Positions 1-12,049 of a DNA stretch of 64,000 nucleotides are shown here, piece after piece (position 1 is the first letter of the stretch; every line of letters begins with the position of its first letter). The position numbers and the translations under genes are program-made. The stretch comes from Mobula birostris. Its lineage: Eukaryota. The notes under the pieces were generated by a model. It was not told the DNA's origin. It searched no databases and saw nothing but the letters and a program-made list of their open reading frames with translations. The DNA lies in contig NC_092389.1 in assembly GCF_030028105.1 (NCBI RefSeq), forward strand, positions 7,613,180 to 7,677,179, written 5' to 3'.

Positions 1-340
1 CACAGTCCGACTCCGAGTCCATCCGAAAACTCCGAGCCTCCGACCACCTCTTCGACACCGAGCACCAAGCACCATGTCTGCTGAGCACTTCAACCCCGGC
101 CCCGGCAACAGGCAATACGCAAAGCCAAGGATTTGGGGCCTTCGTCTCTGGAGATTCTCGATCGCACAGTAGCAGCGGCAGCGAAGCGGGCATTTCAGAA
201 GTTACTCCAGATGTTCCTCTGCGCTTCTCACGGCTGTCTCCATCAAATCAGGATTGTGCACGGCCCCCTAGTTACACATAATTGATATTCATTCGGAATG
301 GATGCGTGCGCTGCGTCACGTTGCCATCTCCTCCTCCCTC
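1..340 (-). repeat. Unclassified interspersed repeat, probably the 5' portion of a non-LTR element
   Basis: CpG-rich block starting on the minus strand with GGAGGAGGAGATGGC (YY1-like motif). Abrupt compositional boundary at ~340. Confidence 0.3.
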
Positions 341-342
341 CT

Positions 343-1798
343 TAGATTAGGTTTGGGCTGGCTTCATAAATAGCTTCAGGATTCAGCCGCTGGCTGCTGG
401 ATTGTTCCTGTCCATACCCCCTGTCTGAATCCCATCCCTTCCCTTCCCCTGCCTTCTGTTGCCTTGTCTGAAGCCTTGCCTTGCCTTGCCTTGCCTCACC
501 TCGCCTCACCTCGTCTGAAACCTCACCTCGTCTGAAACCTCACCTTGTCTGTAACCCTTGCCTGCACCACTGTCAAGTTCAATCGCCGGAGCACGATAGG
601 GAACTGTCTATTGTTGTTTTAAACTGACTCTGTGTCCGTGCCTTCGCTAGGTAGGTCTGGCCATTTGCCACTACCTAGTGTTGGGATCTGTCTTTGTTCT
701 TTGCCTTCGCTAGGTAAGTCCAGCCATTTGCTGCTACCTAGTGTTGGAATCTATCTTTGTGTCCTTGCCTTCGCTAGGTAGGTCCGGCTGTTTGCCGTTA
801 CCTAGTGTTGGGAACTGTCTGTGTCCATGCCTTTGCTAGGTAGATCTGGCCGTCTGCTGCTACCTTGTGTTGGGAACCATCTCGTCGTATTCTGCATTCT
901 GTGTAATGAGTCCTGGCCCTACATCCTGTACCCAAGGAGGGGTCCCAGCTCTGTGTTCTGTGTATGAGTCCCGGCCCTACATCCTGTTTCCAAGGAGGGG
1001 TCCCGGCTCTGTGCTCCATGTTCCTGTCCCTCCCCCGACCAAGGCTCTGCGATCCTGTGCCTCCCCCGACCAAGGCTCTGCGTTCCTGTCCCTCTCCCGA
1101 CCAAGACTCTGTGTTCCTGTCTCTCCCTCGACCAAGACAAGGCTTCATCCAGTCCTAGCCACGTCCAAGAACCTTGTCCTGTCCAAGCCATGGCTTTGTG
1201 TTCTCGTCTTGTCCATGTGTCTTGCCCAGCCCAGGAGTACCTTGCCCAGCCCGGTGCCGGGGTTCCCATGTCCTGTCCAGTCCAGTTGCCCCTCCTCGTC
1301 CTGTAGCCACGTCTTCTCCTCGCCTAATTCCGGAGTCCGAGCCTGAGTCAAGACCCAGGTTCTGGGTCCTTGTTCAGTCTCTGGCTTGAAGTCCAAACCC
1401 AAGCCTCATCATGTCCTTGCCTCAAGGAACCCAAGCCTCTTCATGTCCTCGCCTCAAGGAACCCAAGCCCCTTCATGTTCTCGCCTCGAGGAACCCAAGC
1501 CTCATCATGTCTTGTCTAGTTCCAGGGTCCGAGCCCCAGTCAAGACCCAGGTTCTGGGTCCTTGTCCAGTCTCTGACTCAAGCCCAGGTTCCTAGTTCCA
1601 AGTTCCATATCCTGGTTCCACTATCCTAGTCAAGTCCAAGCCCAGACCCTGTATCCTTGTCTCATCCAGGGCTTGTGTCATGTCCAGCGTTCTTTCTTCC
1701 CCTCTCCCCTTGCTTCCTTGTCACGCCTAGTCTTGTTCCTAGTACTTCAGTGTCTGTGTTTTGCATTTGGGTCCACTCCCAGCGCCCTCATTATGACA
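343..1798 (+). mobile_element. Solo LTR-like sequence (Ty3/Gypsy-type) built of nested tandem repeats
   Basis: TATA-like cataaatag near 364. Ends ...GCATTTGGGTCC...TATGACA, typical of fish Gypsy LTR termini. Contains several internal tandem arrays. No coding domain. Confidence 0.5.
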
Positions 1799-1940
1799 GA
1801 GAGGGTGGCATGCCCCCCTGAAATATACCCTGGAACATGAAGGAATTCTGGACATTGAAAACAACATGCTGATTAAATGATCCCAAATTGATGAAAAGTG
1901 ATAAATACAAAGAGGGCACAATCCTCATGATTCCAAATGA

Positions 1941-2230
1941 TTAAAGTCTGTCACGAGCCCAGTGGCCCATCAGACCGGTGCTTATGCCAGTTTCCGTGGC
2001 GTGAAGCGACTGAGAGTATGAGACTCCCTCTCCCCCATAACTCCCCGGATAGGATGCCAGTCTATCGCGAGGTTAGCCCCCAGCATTTTTGCCGATACCC
2101 ATTCTCAGCTGGGTAGACTGGAACATTGTGTGGTTAAGTGCCTTGCTCAAGGACACATATGTTCCCCTGGCCGAGGCTCGAACCCACAACCTTCAGAGCG
2201 CTAGTCCTAACCACTTGATCATGCGTCAGA
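1941..2230 (-). mobile_element. tRNA-derived SINE with 15-bp TSD
   Basis: A/B-box-like head on the minus strand (TCAAGTGG ... GGTTCGAGCC). Perfect direct repeat CATGATTCCAAATGA at 1926-1940 and 2231-2245. Confidence 0.85.
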
Positions 2231-2604
2231 CATGATTCCAAATGAGATACCTGCAAAACAAGGTGAAAACCCAGAGCAAGTCCAAAGACAAACAATAAGA
2301 CATAAAAGGTAAACAATCCAAGGACAAAGCATACGCACAAAGTGACACCAAAAAAAAACAGTCCGCATACTAACTGACACAAAAAATTATTTTTTAAAAA
2401 TGATCCCTGGTTGTGACATAAAGGGACATGTTGATCATATGTAGTTCCACACCACTGCAAAGCAGCAACAATAATTTACCATAAGTGAGAAATTACTTCG
2501 CTAAATCCCTTCCTCACACCCAACCACAAACCACTTGCAATTTCCTCTGCATGTACAGTACTTAGATTTTACCAGCAGTAAATTGTTCACTGCAAAGCAA
2601 TTAC

Positions 2605-2905
2605 TTTACTTTATACTTTATACTTTATTGTCACCAAACAATTGATACTAGAACGTACAATCATCATAGCGATATTTGATTCTGCGCTTCCCGCTCCCTG
2701 AATTACAAGTCAATAGTAAATATTTAAAATTTAAATTATAAATCATAAATAGAAAATAGAAAAATGGAAAGTAAGGTAGTGCAAAAAAACTGATAGGCAG
2801 GTCCGGATATTTGGAGGGTGCGGCCCAGATCCGGGTCAGGATCTGTTCAGCAGTCTTATCACAGTTGGAAAGAAGCTGTTCCCAAATCTGGCCGTACGAG
2901 TCTTC
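2605..2905 (-). mobile_element. LINE 3' tail fragment (Rex/Babar-like)
   Basis: Microsatellite tail (tttatac)n, followed by sequence resembling the 3' end of the element at 5345-5600. Confidence 0.4.
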
Positions 2906-4549
2906 AATTTAACTTCTAATTTCTTGAGTACTGATGAGAAAATGTTAGGAAGACTTAATGAGGCAAGCAACATCCACAGAGGGAGAAACAGAGCTAGTGT
3001 TTCAGGTCAATAAACTTCCATCCGATGTTGAAGCCTAAAGGGAAGTAGTTACCCCATTCCGCAACAGGTTCTTCTGCTCATTATGTTAAACCTGTGGAAT
3101 TGAAATCAATTCTTAACTCTATTGAACTTCATCAGGACTTTGAACACCTTTAAGACATGCTTTAGGTTAATCATTTGCTGTGGAATTGCGGAAGACCGTC
3201 ATGGCAGAGACACCATTGACCGCCTTGGACATGAACGAAGAAACCTTGAAGGTGATAAAAGTGACTTCAGATATAATTTTCTAATATTGTTGCCACCTCA
3301 GTCATTAATTCTGTGAATGAATCCTAAATTGCTTTCCTTGAATGTTTGCAATGGCCTCCTATTCTGGACTCCTTGGCCAGAGGAAACTTTCTGGAAGCAA
3401 TTTTAACCTAATTTGTCTTCTGGGAACTGGTGTGATTGGAGGCAATGTTCATTTGATATGCTGCCCAATTTTACTCACTAAAATCAGTGGGAAGTAATAT
3501 TTCTTCAAGGGAAGCTTTACTTGAAGCTAAACTTATATGCTGTGCAGGGGGATTCCAGCTGTCCGTTTATCTACAATAGAACATAGTAAAGTACAGTACA
3601 GAAACAGGCTCACTGGTCCACCGTGTCAGCACCCATCATAATACCAAATTAAACTAATGTGATCTGCTTACACATGGCCCATATCTCCCTATTTCATATT
3701 TGTTTCTGTGTCTGTCTAAATGCCTCTGAAATACTGCCATCCTATCTTTTTCTTCCATCCCCGCAGAGATATTTTTCTGATTCTACCAGTAGTAATATTA
3801 ATAGACAAGCTAACTAAATTCTCAATTAAGGAATACATTAATTAATCAAAGCCGGAACTGATTAGTCAGAGACATATTGTATCAACTGACTCGACTGAAC
3901 TTTTTGCCTACTAATGGAGAGAATAGCACATGGCCTTTCACAGCTGTCTGACCAAATGCTATTTAATAGGCATATCAGCAAGATTAAAATCCTTGGAACT
4001 AAAGTGCTTGACCGCAGAGGGTGAGCTATCAAAACCAAGGAGAAATGTAAGAGCACTTCAAAAAAAAACTTAATTCAATGCTTTTGAATTGCAAGTCTTT
4101 TCATTAAATGCCCAAGGCTGGAATATGACCAATCTTTTAGTGGATTATGTATAGCTATCTTTGAGTGAGAAACAGCTTGGAATCTAATTTTGGTATTTGG
4201 TTTACATGTAGAATGATGGTGAGTTATCAACTAGAATCAAGGTGCTTGAAGCATTTATATACATAATAACAGATATCTGGAAAAAAAACAGGTTGTTAAT
4301 AACAGATACTCCTGATTACATTACCAATCAGAACCTAATAGAGGAGTTAAGGGATTTATATATGAATGAAAAATGTTTAGGAGTAAACTACAGACTGATA
4401 TTTGATGAGTTTGTATATTAATACAGTAAAGCAGCTGCCTGGAAATGGGAAAAAAGCTGGAAGCTAACCAAATTTTGTTTTTTATTTAGAATAAGAGATA
4501 TCCAAGAGTGACATAACAGTTGAAATCTAATTGAAAGGTTTGATTGCCC

Positions 4550-4557
4550 TATAAATA
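4550..4557 (+). promoter_or_regulatory. Candidate TATA box for the JAML-like gene
   Basis: TATAAATA about 60 nt upstream of the in-frame ATG at 4614. Could be chance in AT-rich DNA. Confidence 0.25.
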
Positions 4558-4613
4558 GGATGGTGCAGCATTCACAGTAGTGGAAATTAACCCAACACAA
4601 CTTCAATATTGAG

Positions 4614-4829
4614 ATGTGTATCCCTGTTCAAGCTCAGATGGTTTTGCTCTACTTTATAGTTATCCGGCCAATCTTACCTGTTGGTATCCATACCCCAGAA
4701 TATCTGGTTGTGCACCAGGGAATGGATCTACTGTTAGACTGCAAGCTTGACTACCAAGAACACATTCAAATACATAACATCAAGCTAGAATGGTTGTACA
4801 TCCCTACTGGTTCAAATGAAGAGAGTCAG
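4614..4829 (+). CDS. JAML: JAML-like IgV membrane protein, first identified coding exon (putative leader + N-half of V domain); 5' boundary uncertain (ATG 4614/4638 or acceptor at 4660)
   Basis: Translates ...VGIHTPEYLVVHQGMDLLLDCKLDYQEHIQIHNIKLEWLY...EESQ (B-strand Cys, C-strand Trp). Donor CAG|gtgagt at 4829/4830, phase 0. Symbol inferred from position directly upstream of SCN2B and the tail motif. Confidence 0.75.
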
Positions 4830-5344
4830 GTGAGTGTATATCCTGGTGCCTTTTGCCAATCCTTAGTTGATACATTCCCCCTCAAGTGTCAAGTGCTGAA
4901 ACTTTAATAAAAAAATCAATTTATACATAATCTATCACACCTCTTTAAAGCCATCCTGAAATTCTTTGCAGTCTACAAAATGCTTCTGATATGCAAATGT
5001 GATTGTAATATAGGGAATGTAGCAGCCAATTTGCACTGCACTCAGCATCCTCATAAAGGCAGAGTCATCTTGTCATGACCAAATACATTTTTTTAGCAAT
5101 ATAGAATAAGGAATTACTATTGACCAGAACACCAAAGATAACCCAGTAGTTCTTCTTCAGTTAGTGCTAAAGAATCCTTAAAACTTTCACCAAAGAGAGC
5201 CATAACATCTTGGTTTAACTTCTCATCAGGAACCAGCACCTCTGACTATGCAGAAAAGATTTCTGAGCTCATATCTTGAGAATAGGGCTAGTTCTCAGAA
5301 CACCCTGATTCAGGGTGTTACCAAATAAGCCTCAGCTCAAAATA

Positions 5345-6672
5345 TCAGAATCAGGTTTATTATCACCGGCTTGTGACGTGAAATTTGATAACTTAGCAGC
5401 AGCAGTTCAATGCAATACATAATATAGAAGAAAAAAATCAATTACAGTATATACATAGGAGATTAAAAATCGTGCAAAAACAGAAATAATATATATTTAA
5501 AAAGTGAGGTATTGTTCAAGGGTTCAATATCCATTTAGGAATCGGATGGCAGAGGTGAAGAAGCTGTTCCTGAATTGCTGAGTGTGTGCCTTCAGGCTTC
5601 TGTACCTCCTATCTGATGGTAACAGTGAGAAAAGGGCATGCCCTGGGTGCCTTTCTGAGACACCACTCCTTGAAGATGTCCTGGGTATTTTGTAGGCAAG
5701 TACCCAAGATGGAGCCGACCAAACTTACGACCCTCTGCAGTTTCTTTCGGTCCTGTGCAGGAGCTCCCCTCCCCCATACCAGACAGTGATGCAGCCTGTC
5801 AGAATGCTCTCCATGGTACATCTATAGAAGGTTTTGAGTGTTTTTGTTGACATACTAAATCTCCTTAAACTCCTAATGAAGTACAGTTGCTCTCTTGCCT
5901 TCTTTATTGCTGCATTGATATGTTGGGACCAGGTTATATCCTCAGAGATCTTGACACCCAGGGACTTGAAACTGCTCACTCTCTCCACTTCTGATCCCTC
6001 TGAGGATTGGTATGTGTTTCTTCATCTTACCCTTCCTGAAGTCCACAATCAGTTCTTTCATCTTACTGACGTTCAGTGCCAGGTTGTTGCTGTGGCATCA
6101 CTCCACCAGCTGGCATATCTCACTCCTCTACACCACCGGAGATTGGTAGAATCTCGTCACCATCTGAGATTCTACCAACAATGGTTGTATCGTCAGCAAA
6201 TTTATAGATGGTGTTTGAGCTATGCCTAGCCACACAGTCATGGGTATAGACAGAGCAGAGCAGTGGGCTAAGCACACACCCGTGAGGTTGTTGATCGTCA
6301 GCGAGGAGGATATATTATCACCAATCTGCACAGATTGTGGTCTTCCAGTTAGGAAGTCAAGGATTCAATTGCAGAGGGAGGTACAGAGGCCCAGGTTCTG
6401 TAACTTATCAATCAGGATTGTGTGAATGATGATGTTAAATGCTGAGCTATAGTCAATGAACAGCATCCTGACATAGGTGTTTGTATCGTCCAGGTGGTCA
6501 AAGGCCGTGTAAAGAGCCATTGAGATTGCATCTGCTGTTGACCTATTGTGGTGACAGGCAAATTGCAATGGGTCCAGGTTCTTGCTGACGCAGAAGTTCA
6601 GTCTAGTCATGACCAACCTCTCAAAGCATTTCATCACTGTAGATGTGAGTGCTACCGGACGATAGTCATCAA
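5345..6672 (-). mobile_element. Rex1/Babar-type LINE, 5'-truncated RT fragment
   Basis: ORF pieces MMKCFERLV...LDPLQFA...RSTADAI...[26 protein letters not shown] and FKSLGVKISEDITWSQH. Tail (atcaga)n. Confidence 0.85.
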
Positions 6673-6677
6673 GTCAT

Positions 6678-8660
6678 TTATTCCCATTCTTTGTTTTCTG
6701 CCAATCAGCCAATGCTCCACCCATGCTAGTAACTCCCCTGTAATTCCATGGGATCTTATCTTGCTAAGCAGCCTCATGAGCGGCACCTTGTCAAAGGCCT
6801 TCTGAAAATCCAAGTACACCATGTCTACTGCATCTCCTTTGTCTACCCTGCTTGTAATTTCCTCAAAAAATTGCAGTAGGTTAGTCGGGCAGGATTTTCC
6901 TTCCAGGAAACCAGGCTGGCTTTCGCCTACCTTGTCATGTGCCTCCAGGTACATCATAATCTCGTCCTTAATAATTGATTCCAACAACTTCCCAACCACT
7001 GATATCAGGCTAACAGGTCTGTAGTTTCATTTCTGCTGCCTCCCACCCTTCTTAAATAGCGAAGTAACATTTGCAATTTTCCAGTCATCCAGTACAATGC
7101 CAAAATCTATTGATTCTTGAAAGATCCTTGTTAATGCCTCAGCAATCTCTCCAGCTACTTCCATTAGAACCTGCGGGTGCATTCCATCAGGTCCAGGAGA
7201 TCTATCCAACCTCAGACCATTAAGCTTCCTGAGCACCTTCTCAGTCGTAATTTTCACTGCACATACTTCACTTCCCTGATACTCTTGAACGTCTTCCACT
7301 GTGAAGACTGATGCAACAATAAGGTCTTTTAAGAGACTCCTGGATGGATACATGGATACATAGAGGGCTATGGATAAGTCTAGGTAGTTCTAAGGTAAGG
7401 ACATGTTTGGCACAGCTTTGTGGGCCGAAGGGCCGATATTGTGCTGTAGGTTTTCTATGTTTCTAAAATATGCATTCAGTTCCTCTGCCATCTCTGCGTC
7501 TCTCATTACAATATCTCCAGCATCATTTTCCCTCAACTCTCTTTTACCCTTTATATGCTTAAAAAAAGCTTTAGTATCTTATTTGATATTAGTCGCCAGC
7601 TTCCTTTCATAGTTCATCTTTTCTTGTCTAATGACCTTCTTAGTTTCCTTTTGCAAGTTTTTAAAAGCTCCCCAATCCTCTATCTTTCCACCAGATTTGG
7701 CTTCCTTGTATGCTCTCTCTTTTGCTTTTACTTTGGCTCTGACTTCACTTGTCAGCCATGGTAGTGTCCTTCTTACATTCGAAAATTTCTTCTTATTTGG
7801 AATATATCTGTCTTGCACTTCCCTCATTTTTGCAGAAACTCCAGCCATTGCTGCTCTGCTGTCCTTCCTGCTCGTGTCTCTTTCCAGTCAACCTTGGCCA
7901 GTGTAATTTCCTTTATTCCACTGAAATACTGACACATTGGAATTTAGTTTCTCCTTCTCAAATTTCAAAGTGAACTCGATCATATTGTGATCACTGTTCC
8001 CTAAGGGTTCCTTAAACTTAAGCTCTCTTATCACCTCTGGATCATTGCACAACACCCAATCCAGCACAGCCGATCCCCTAGTGGGCTCAACAACAAGCTG
8101 TTCTAAAAAGCCATCTCCTAGACATTCTAAAAATTCTCTCTCTTGAGGTCCAGTACTGACCTAGTTTACCCAATCCACTTTCATGTTAAAATCCCCAACG
8201 ATTATCATGGCATTGCCTTTCTGACATGCCTTTTCTATCTCCTGCTGTAATTTGTAATCCACATCCCAGTGCTGTTTGGAGGCCTGTATACAACTGCCAT
8301 TAGGATCCTTTTACCCTTGTCATTCCTTAACTCAACCCATAGAGACTCTACACCTTCCGATCCTATGTCATTACTTTCTAATGATTTAATATTATTTCTT
8401 ATACACAGGACCACACGACTCCCTCTGCCTACTAACCTATCTTCCGATACACTGTATATCCTTGGATATTCAGCTTCCAATGGCAGCCATCCTTTAGTCA
8501 ATTTTTAGAGATGGCTACAACGTCATATTCGCCAATCTGTAGCTGAATTTCAAGATCGTCCATTTTATTTCTTATGCTGCGTGCATTCAAATATAACATT
8601 TTCAGTCCAGTATTTGTTGCTTTCTGTTTTAACTGCACCACACCTCTATTGCCCCGTAAC
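6678..8660 (-). mobile_element. CR1 LINE fragment (APE endonuclease to N-part of RT), with a + strand CR1 tail inserted at ~7322-7465
   Basis: ESLWVELRN...VVYRPPNS (APE), SPGPDG.HP, ANVTSLFKKG and YLDFQKAFDKVP motifs. The insert matches the tail at 36810-36968. Confidence 0.9.
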
Positions 8661-9374
8661 TCATCCCTGTAGGCGCTCCTATGCTTCCCTTGTCCAAACC
8701 TTCTTGGTCCTCACTACTGGTGCTGCAGTCTTCAGTCTCTGTCTATACTCAGTGATCAGACTTCCTGAAGTGAGGGCATGGAATAACACGGTAAGCGCCC
8801 TTGATGGTGGTTTAACAATATAGTAACATAAAATATCTATGGCAATTTTAGAGTAACCAAGACGTTGCTACCTAGAGGTAGTCACAAATTGACCGTGTGA
8901 ACACCTTGAGAAGTTCTGGCCTCAAAACCATGGAGGCTGAGGCACAAAGCATTCTCTAAATGGACAGACCAAAAATCAATAGATGATATACCCTGATTTT
9001 AATTTGAAAGGTATAAAGAATAAACTGAAATCTTTTAATATTCAGAATCTATCGAAGTGCATCAGAGAGGAGAAAATGGTGGAGAGCATTTAAAACTGGG
9101 CTTGTGGCTTTGAAAGCGTATCCTTCGGCTAGAATACTGATCTGTCATTTAGTTTTAATGAGACCAAAAATTGACAATCAATGTGCAAAACACAGACTAT
9201 GCTGAGAATATGAATTGTAAAGAATTATAATGAATTGCCCTTGAAAGTGGTAGAATCAGCTCAGAGTAGTGGTGAATGAAGTTATTCACACCGGTTTAGG
9301 GGCCTGATGGGTGTAGAGTAATTATTGTTCCTGAACCTGTGGTGTGGGACATTAAGATTCTGTACCCCCCCACC

Positions 9375-9699
9375 ACAGAACTGCCACTCACTGGATAGTT
9401 TTTGTTTCTCATACCAGTCTCTGTAAACTCTAGAGACTGTCGTGCATGATAATCCCAGGAGATCAGCGGTTTCCGAGATACTCAAAAACTACCCCGTCTG
9501 TCACCAACGATCATTCCACGTTCAAAGTCACTTAGATCACATTTCTTCCCCATTCTGATGTATGGTCTAAACAACAACTGAACCTCTTGTCCATTTCTGC
9601 ATGCTTTTATGCTTTGAGTTCCTGCCATGTGATTGGCTGATTAGATCTTTGCATTAAAGAACAGGTGTGCAGGTGTACTAATAAAGTGGCCACTGCATG
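9375..9699 (-). mobile_element. Tc1/mariner fragment (left end + transposase N-terminus)
   Basis: Terminal TA + CA..CAGTGGCCACTTTATTAG. ORF SISETADLLGLSCTTVSRVYR (HTH). Same family as 29104-30110. Confidence 0.75.
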
Positions 9700-10014
9700 T
9701 ATATTAACATCCTTCATAATTGCTGGGTTTAAATTCTGTACCTTTGATACAGACACTCCAGCTGTCAAGCAGGCAGTACACCAACATCTTAAGAGATATT
9801 AGAAAGGGGAAAACAAAAGGGACTTGCTAGTGTACTATCTACAGGATATCATATAAAAAGATCTCCTTTTCACCTCTGGGAAATGTTAAAATGGGAGAAG
9901 AAGGAGAATTCAGCACTGTCTTCCAAGAGTGGAATGTTCATCAGTAAAATGCAGGGGAGGTTTTTATATAACCATGCTTCTTTTTAATTGTTTTCCCTTT
10001 TTATTCCAATATAG

Positions 10015-10231
10015 ATATTCTTTTTCTATCAAAACGTCAGTACGGTGGCACAGGACAGTAAGTTCACTCAAAGGTTGAAGTGGCAGGGTGACATCATGAA
10101 AAAAAACGCCTCCATTCTCATAAGTGACATGAACTGTACTGACAACGGCGAATTCATCTGTGATTTGAGGATCCCCAGATTTTCCAACAATGTCTATAGA
10201 AGCAAGACACGTTTAATAGTTTTCTGCGAAG
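10015..10231 (+). CDS. JAML: JAML-like exon: C-half of IgV domain
   Basis: Pyrimidine tract + atag|ATA acceptor. Translates IFFFYQNVSTVAQDSKFTQRLKWQGDIMKKNASILISDMNCTDNGEFICDLRIPRFSNNVYRSKTRLIVFCE (F..R..W.GD, D.G.F.C motifs). Donor G|gtaata, phase 1. 217 nt, frame-consistent. Confidence 0.85.
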
Positions 10232-10394
10232 GTAATAAATGACACCATTGCAATTCTGCCCAGTTAGGGTGAATGTAAAAGACTTGAATGCTTCTGAATT
10301 CTGTGTGGTGGAACATAAATACAAAGGGGTGATTGGTGTATAACTAATCAGTGAGGTTTTGTCTTTTGGCATTCTGTACAATATGTGAATAGGA

Positions 10395-10745
10395 AGGAAC
10401 ATTGAAATGCCTAGATAGAGCGGGCATGGAGAGGATGTTTCTAGACAATGGAGGTGTCTAGACTCTAAAACCAGAGGGTTCAGCATCAGAATAGAAGGAT
10501 GCCCCTTTAGAACAGGGATCAGGTGGATGGTAAATCTGTGGAATTCATTGCTACAGATGGCTTTGGAGGCAAAGTCATTGAGTATATTTAAAACAGTGAT
10601 TGATAGGTTCTTGATTAGTCAAGGTGTCAAAAGCTACAGGGAGAAGGCAGGAGAATGAGGTTGAGTGAGATGATAAATCAGCTATGATGGATTGTTGGAG
10701 CAAGTTCAATGGGCTGAATGGCCAAATTCTGCTCTTATGTCTTCT
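10395..10745 (+). mobile_element. CR1 3' end fragment
   Basis: Similar to CR1 3' ends at 15250-15600 and 63300-63712. Tail tcttatg. Confidence 0.75.
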
Positions 10746-11248
10746 GGTTTTATGGAATTAATCTATTAGGAAATAGCAGTAGGAATGAATATGGTGCAAT
10801 TGTTTTTTTTGGGAGACTCTACGACATGAATCATTGGGAAAGTAATTTGTACCATTGGGATTGTGTACAATGGGACTAAATGGGAAGGAATTGCTTGAAT
10901 AGTTTTTTTTCTTAATGGAAATGAATAGGAACAGATTGTTCTTTTGGGTTTCTAAATAATGGAAGGGAATGAGATGAAATTGGTCAGTTGGAAAACTATA
11001 GTGGCAACGGTAACTTTGTTATTGTGAGCCTGTACAGTGTTTGTGAACGGGAAGGTTTTGGTCTATTGGGATTCCATTACATGGGAGTGAAGAGTAAGAG
11101 TGCATGTGATTCGGAATCTAAACAAAAGGAGTGAATGAAATCAGATTGGATGAAGGGGAACTGGCTGGATGAGGAGAACTAGTCAGATGATTGAGAAAAA
11201 TATAGATGATTGAGATTCTACAGAAAGGGCTTGCATCAGAAAAGATTA

Positions 11249-11960
11249 AACAAAAGGGATTCTGCAGATGCTTCAGATCTAGAGCAACACATACAAAATG
11301 CTGAAGGAACTCACCAAGTTAGGCAGCATTTATGGAGATGAATAAAGAGTCGCTGTTTTTTAAAATTTTTTTTATTGATGAGGCTTTGTCAAGCACCTCT
11401 GCTCCATCCACAAAAAGCAGAATTTCCCGGTGAACAACCATTTCAATTCCTATCACCATTTCTGTTCCAACGTATCAGCCTATGGCCTCATCTTTTGCCA
11501 TAATAAGATCACTCTCAGGGTGGAGGAGCAACACCTCATATCATCAAAACCTGATGACATGAACATCGATTTCTCCAGATTCTGGTAATTTTTCTCTCTC
11601 CCTTCCGTCTTCTTCAATTCCCCACTCTGGCAACTTACCTTTTCTCCTCACCTGCGTATCACCTTGCCCTGGTGCCCCTCCTCCTTCCATTTCTCCCATG
11701 CTCCATTCTCCTCTATTATCAGATTGCTTCTTCTCCAGTCCCATACCTTTTCTACCTATCACCTCCCAACTTCTTACTTCATCCTCCTCCCCCACCCATC
11801 CAGCTTCACCTGTCACCTTCCAGGTGGTCTTCCTTCCTGCCCCCTCCCTCGTATTGTGGCATCTTTCCAGTCTGGATGAAGGCCTTAGTCCAGAATATTG
11901 ACTGTTTATTCATAGATGCCGCCTGACCTGCTGAGTTTTTCCAGCATTTTGTGTCTGTTG
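11249..11960. mobile_element. Penelope-like inverted bipartite cassette with 14-bp TSD
   Basis: Minus-strand arm followed by a plus-strand arm with a GIY-YIG C-terminal remnant (NHFNS...LRVEEQHLI...DMNIDFS) and a decayed hammerhead at 11868-11904. ATCAGAAAAGATTA 11235-11248 vs ATCATAAAAGATTA 11961-11974. Confidence 0.7.
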
Positions 11961-12049
11961 ATCATAAAAGATTATTCTATTGCTATTCTATGCAAAAGAG
12001 TGAACGGGAAAAGATTTCGGCCAACTCTAAGGAGCATTGCATAATTTCC

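Noticed and set aside
630-1515. CRISPR-like array
   Set aside because: Eukaryotic context, contiguous tandem units without unique spacers, and no cas genes.
798-1629. Overlapping 60-160 aa ORFs on both strands
   Set aside because: Products of GC-rich tandem repeats inside an LTR-like sequence, with repetitive translations and no domain motifs.
3122-3316. ORF/possible exon (ATG GCA GAG...AAG|gtgata)
   Set aside because: Weak donor and no similarity to MPZL3 or JAML sequence that I can recognise.
8753-8790. 38-nt cryptic exon with strong donor ACG|gtaagc; would start with an in-frame TGA (poison exon)
   Set aside because: Only splice-like motifs support it, and such matches are expected by chance in 64 kb.
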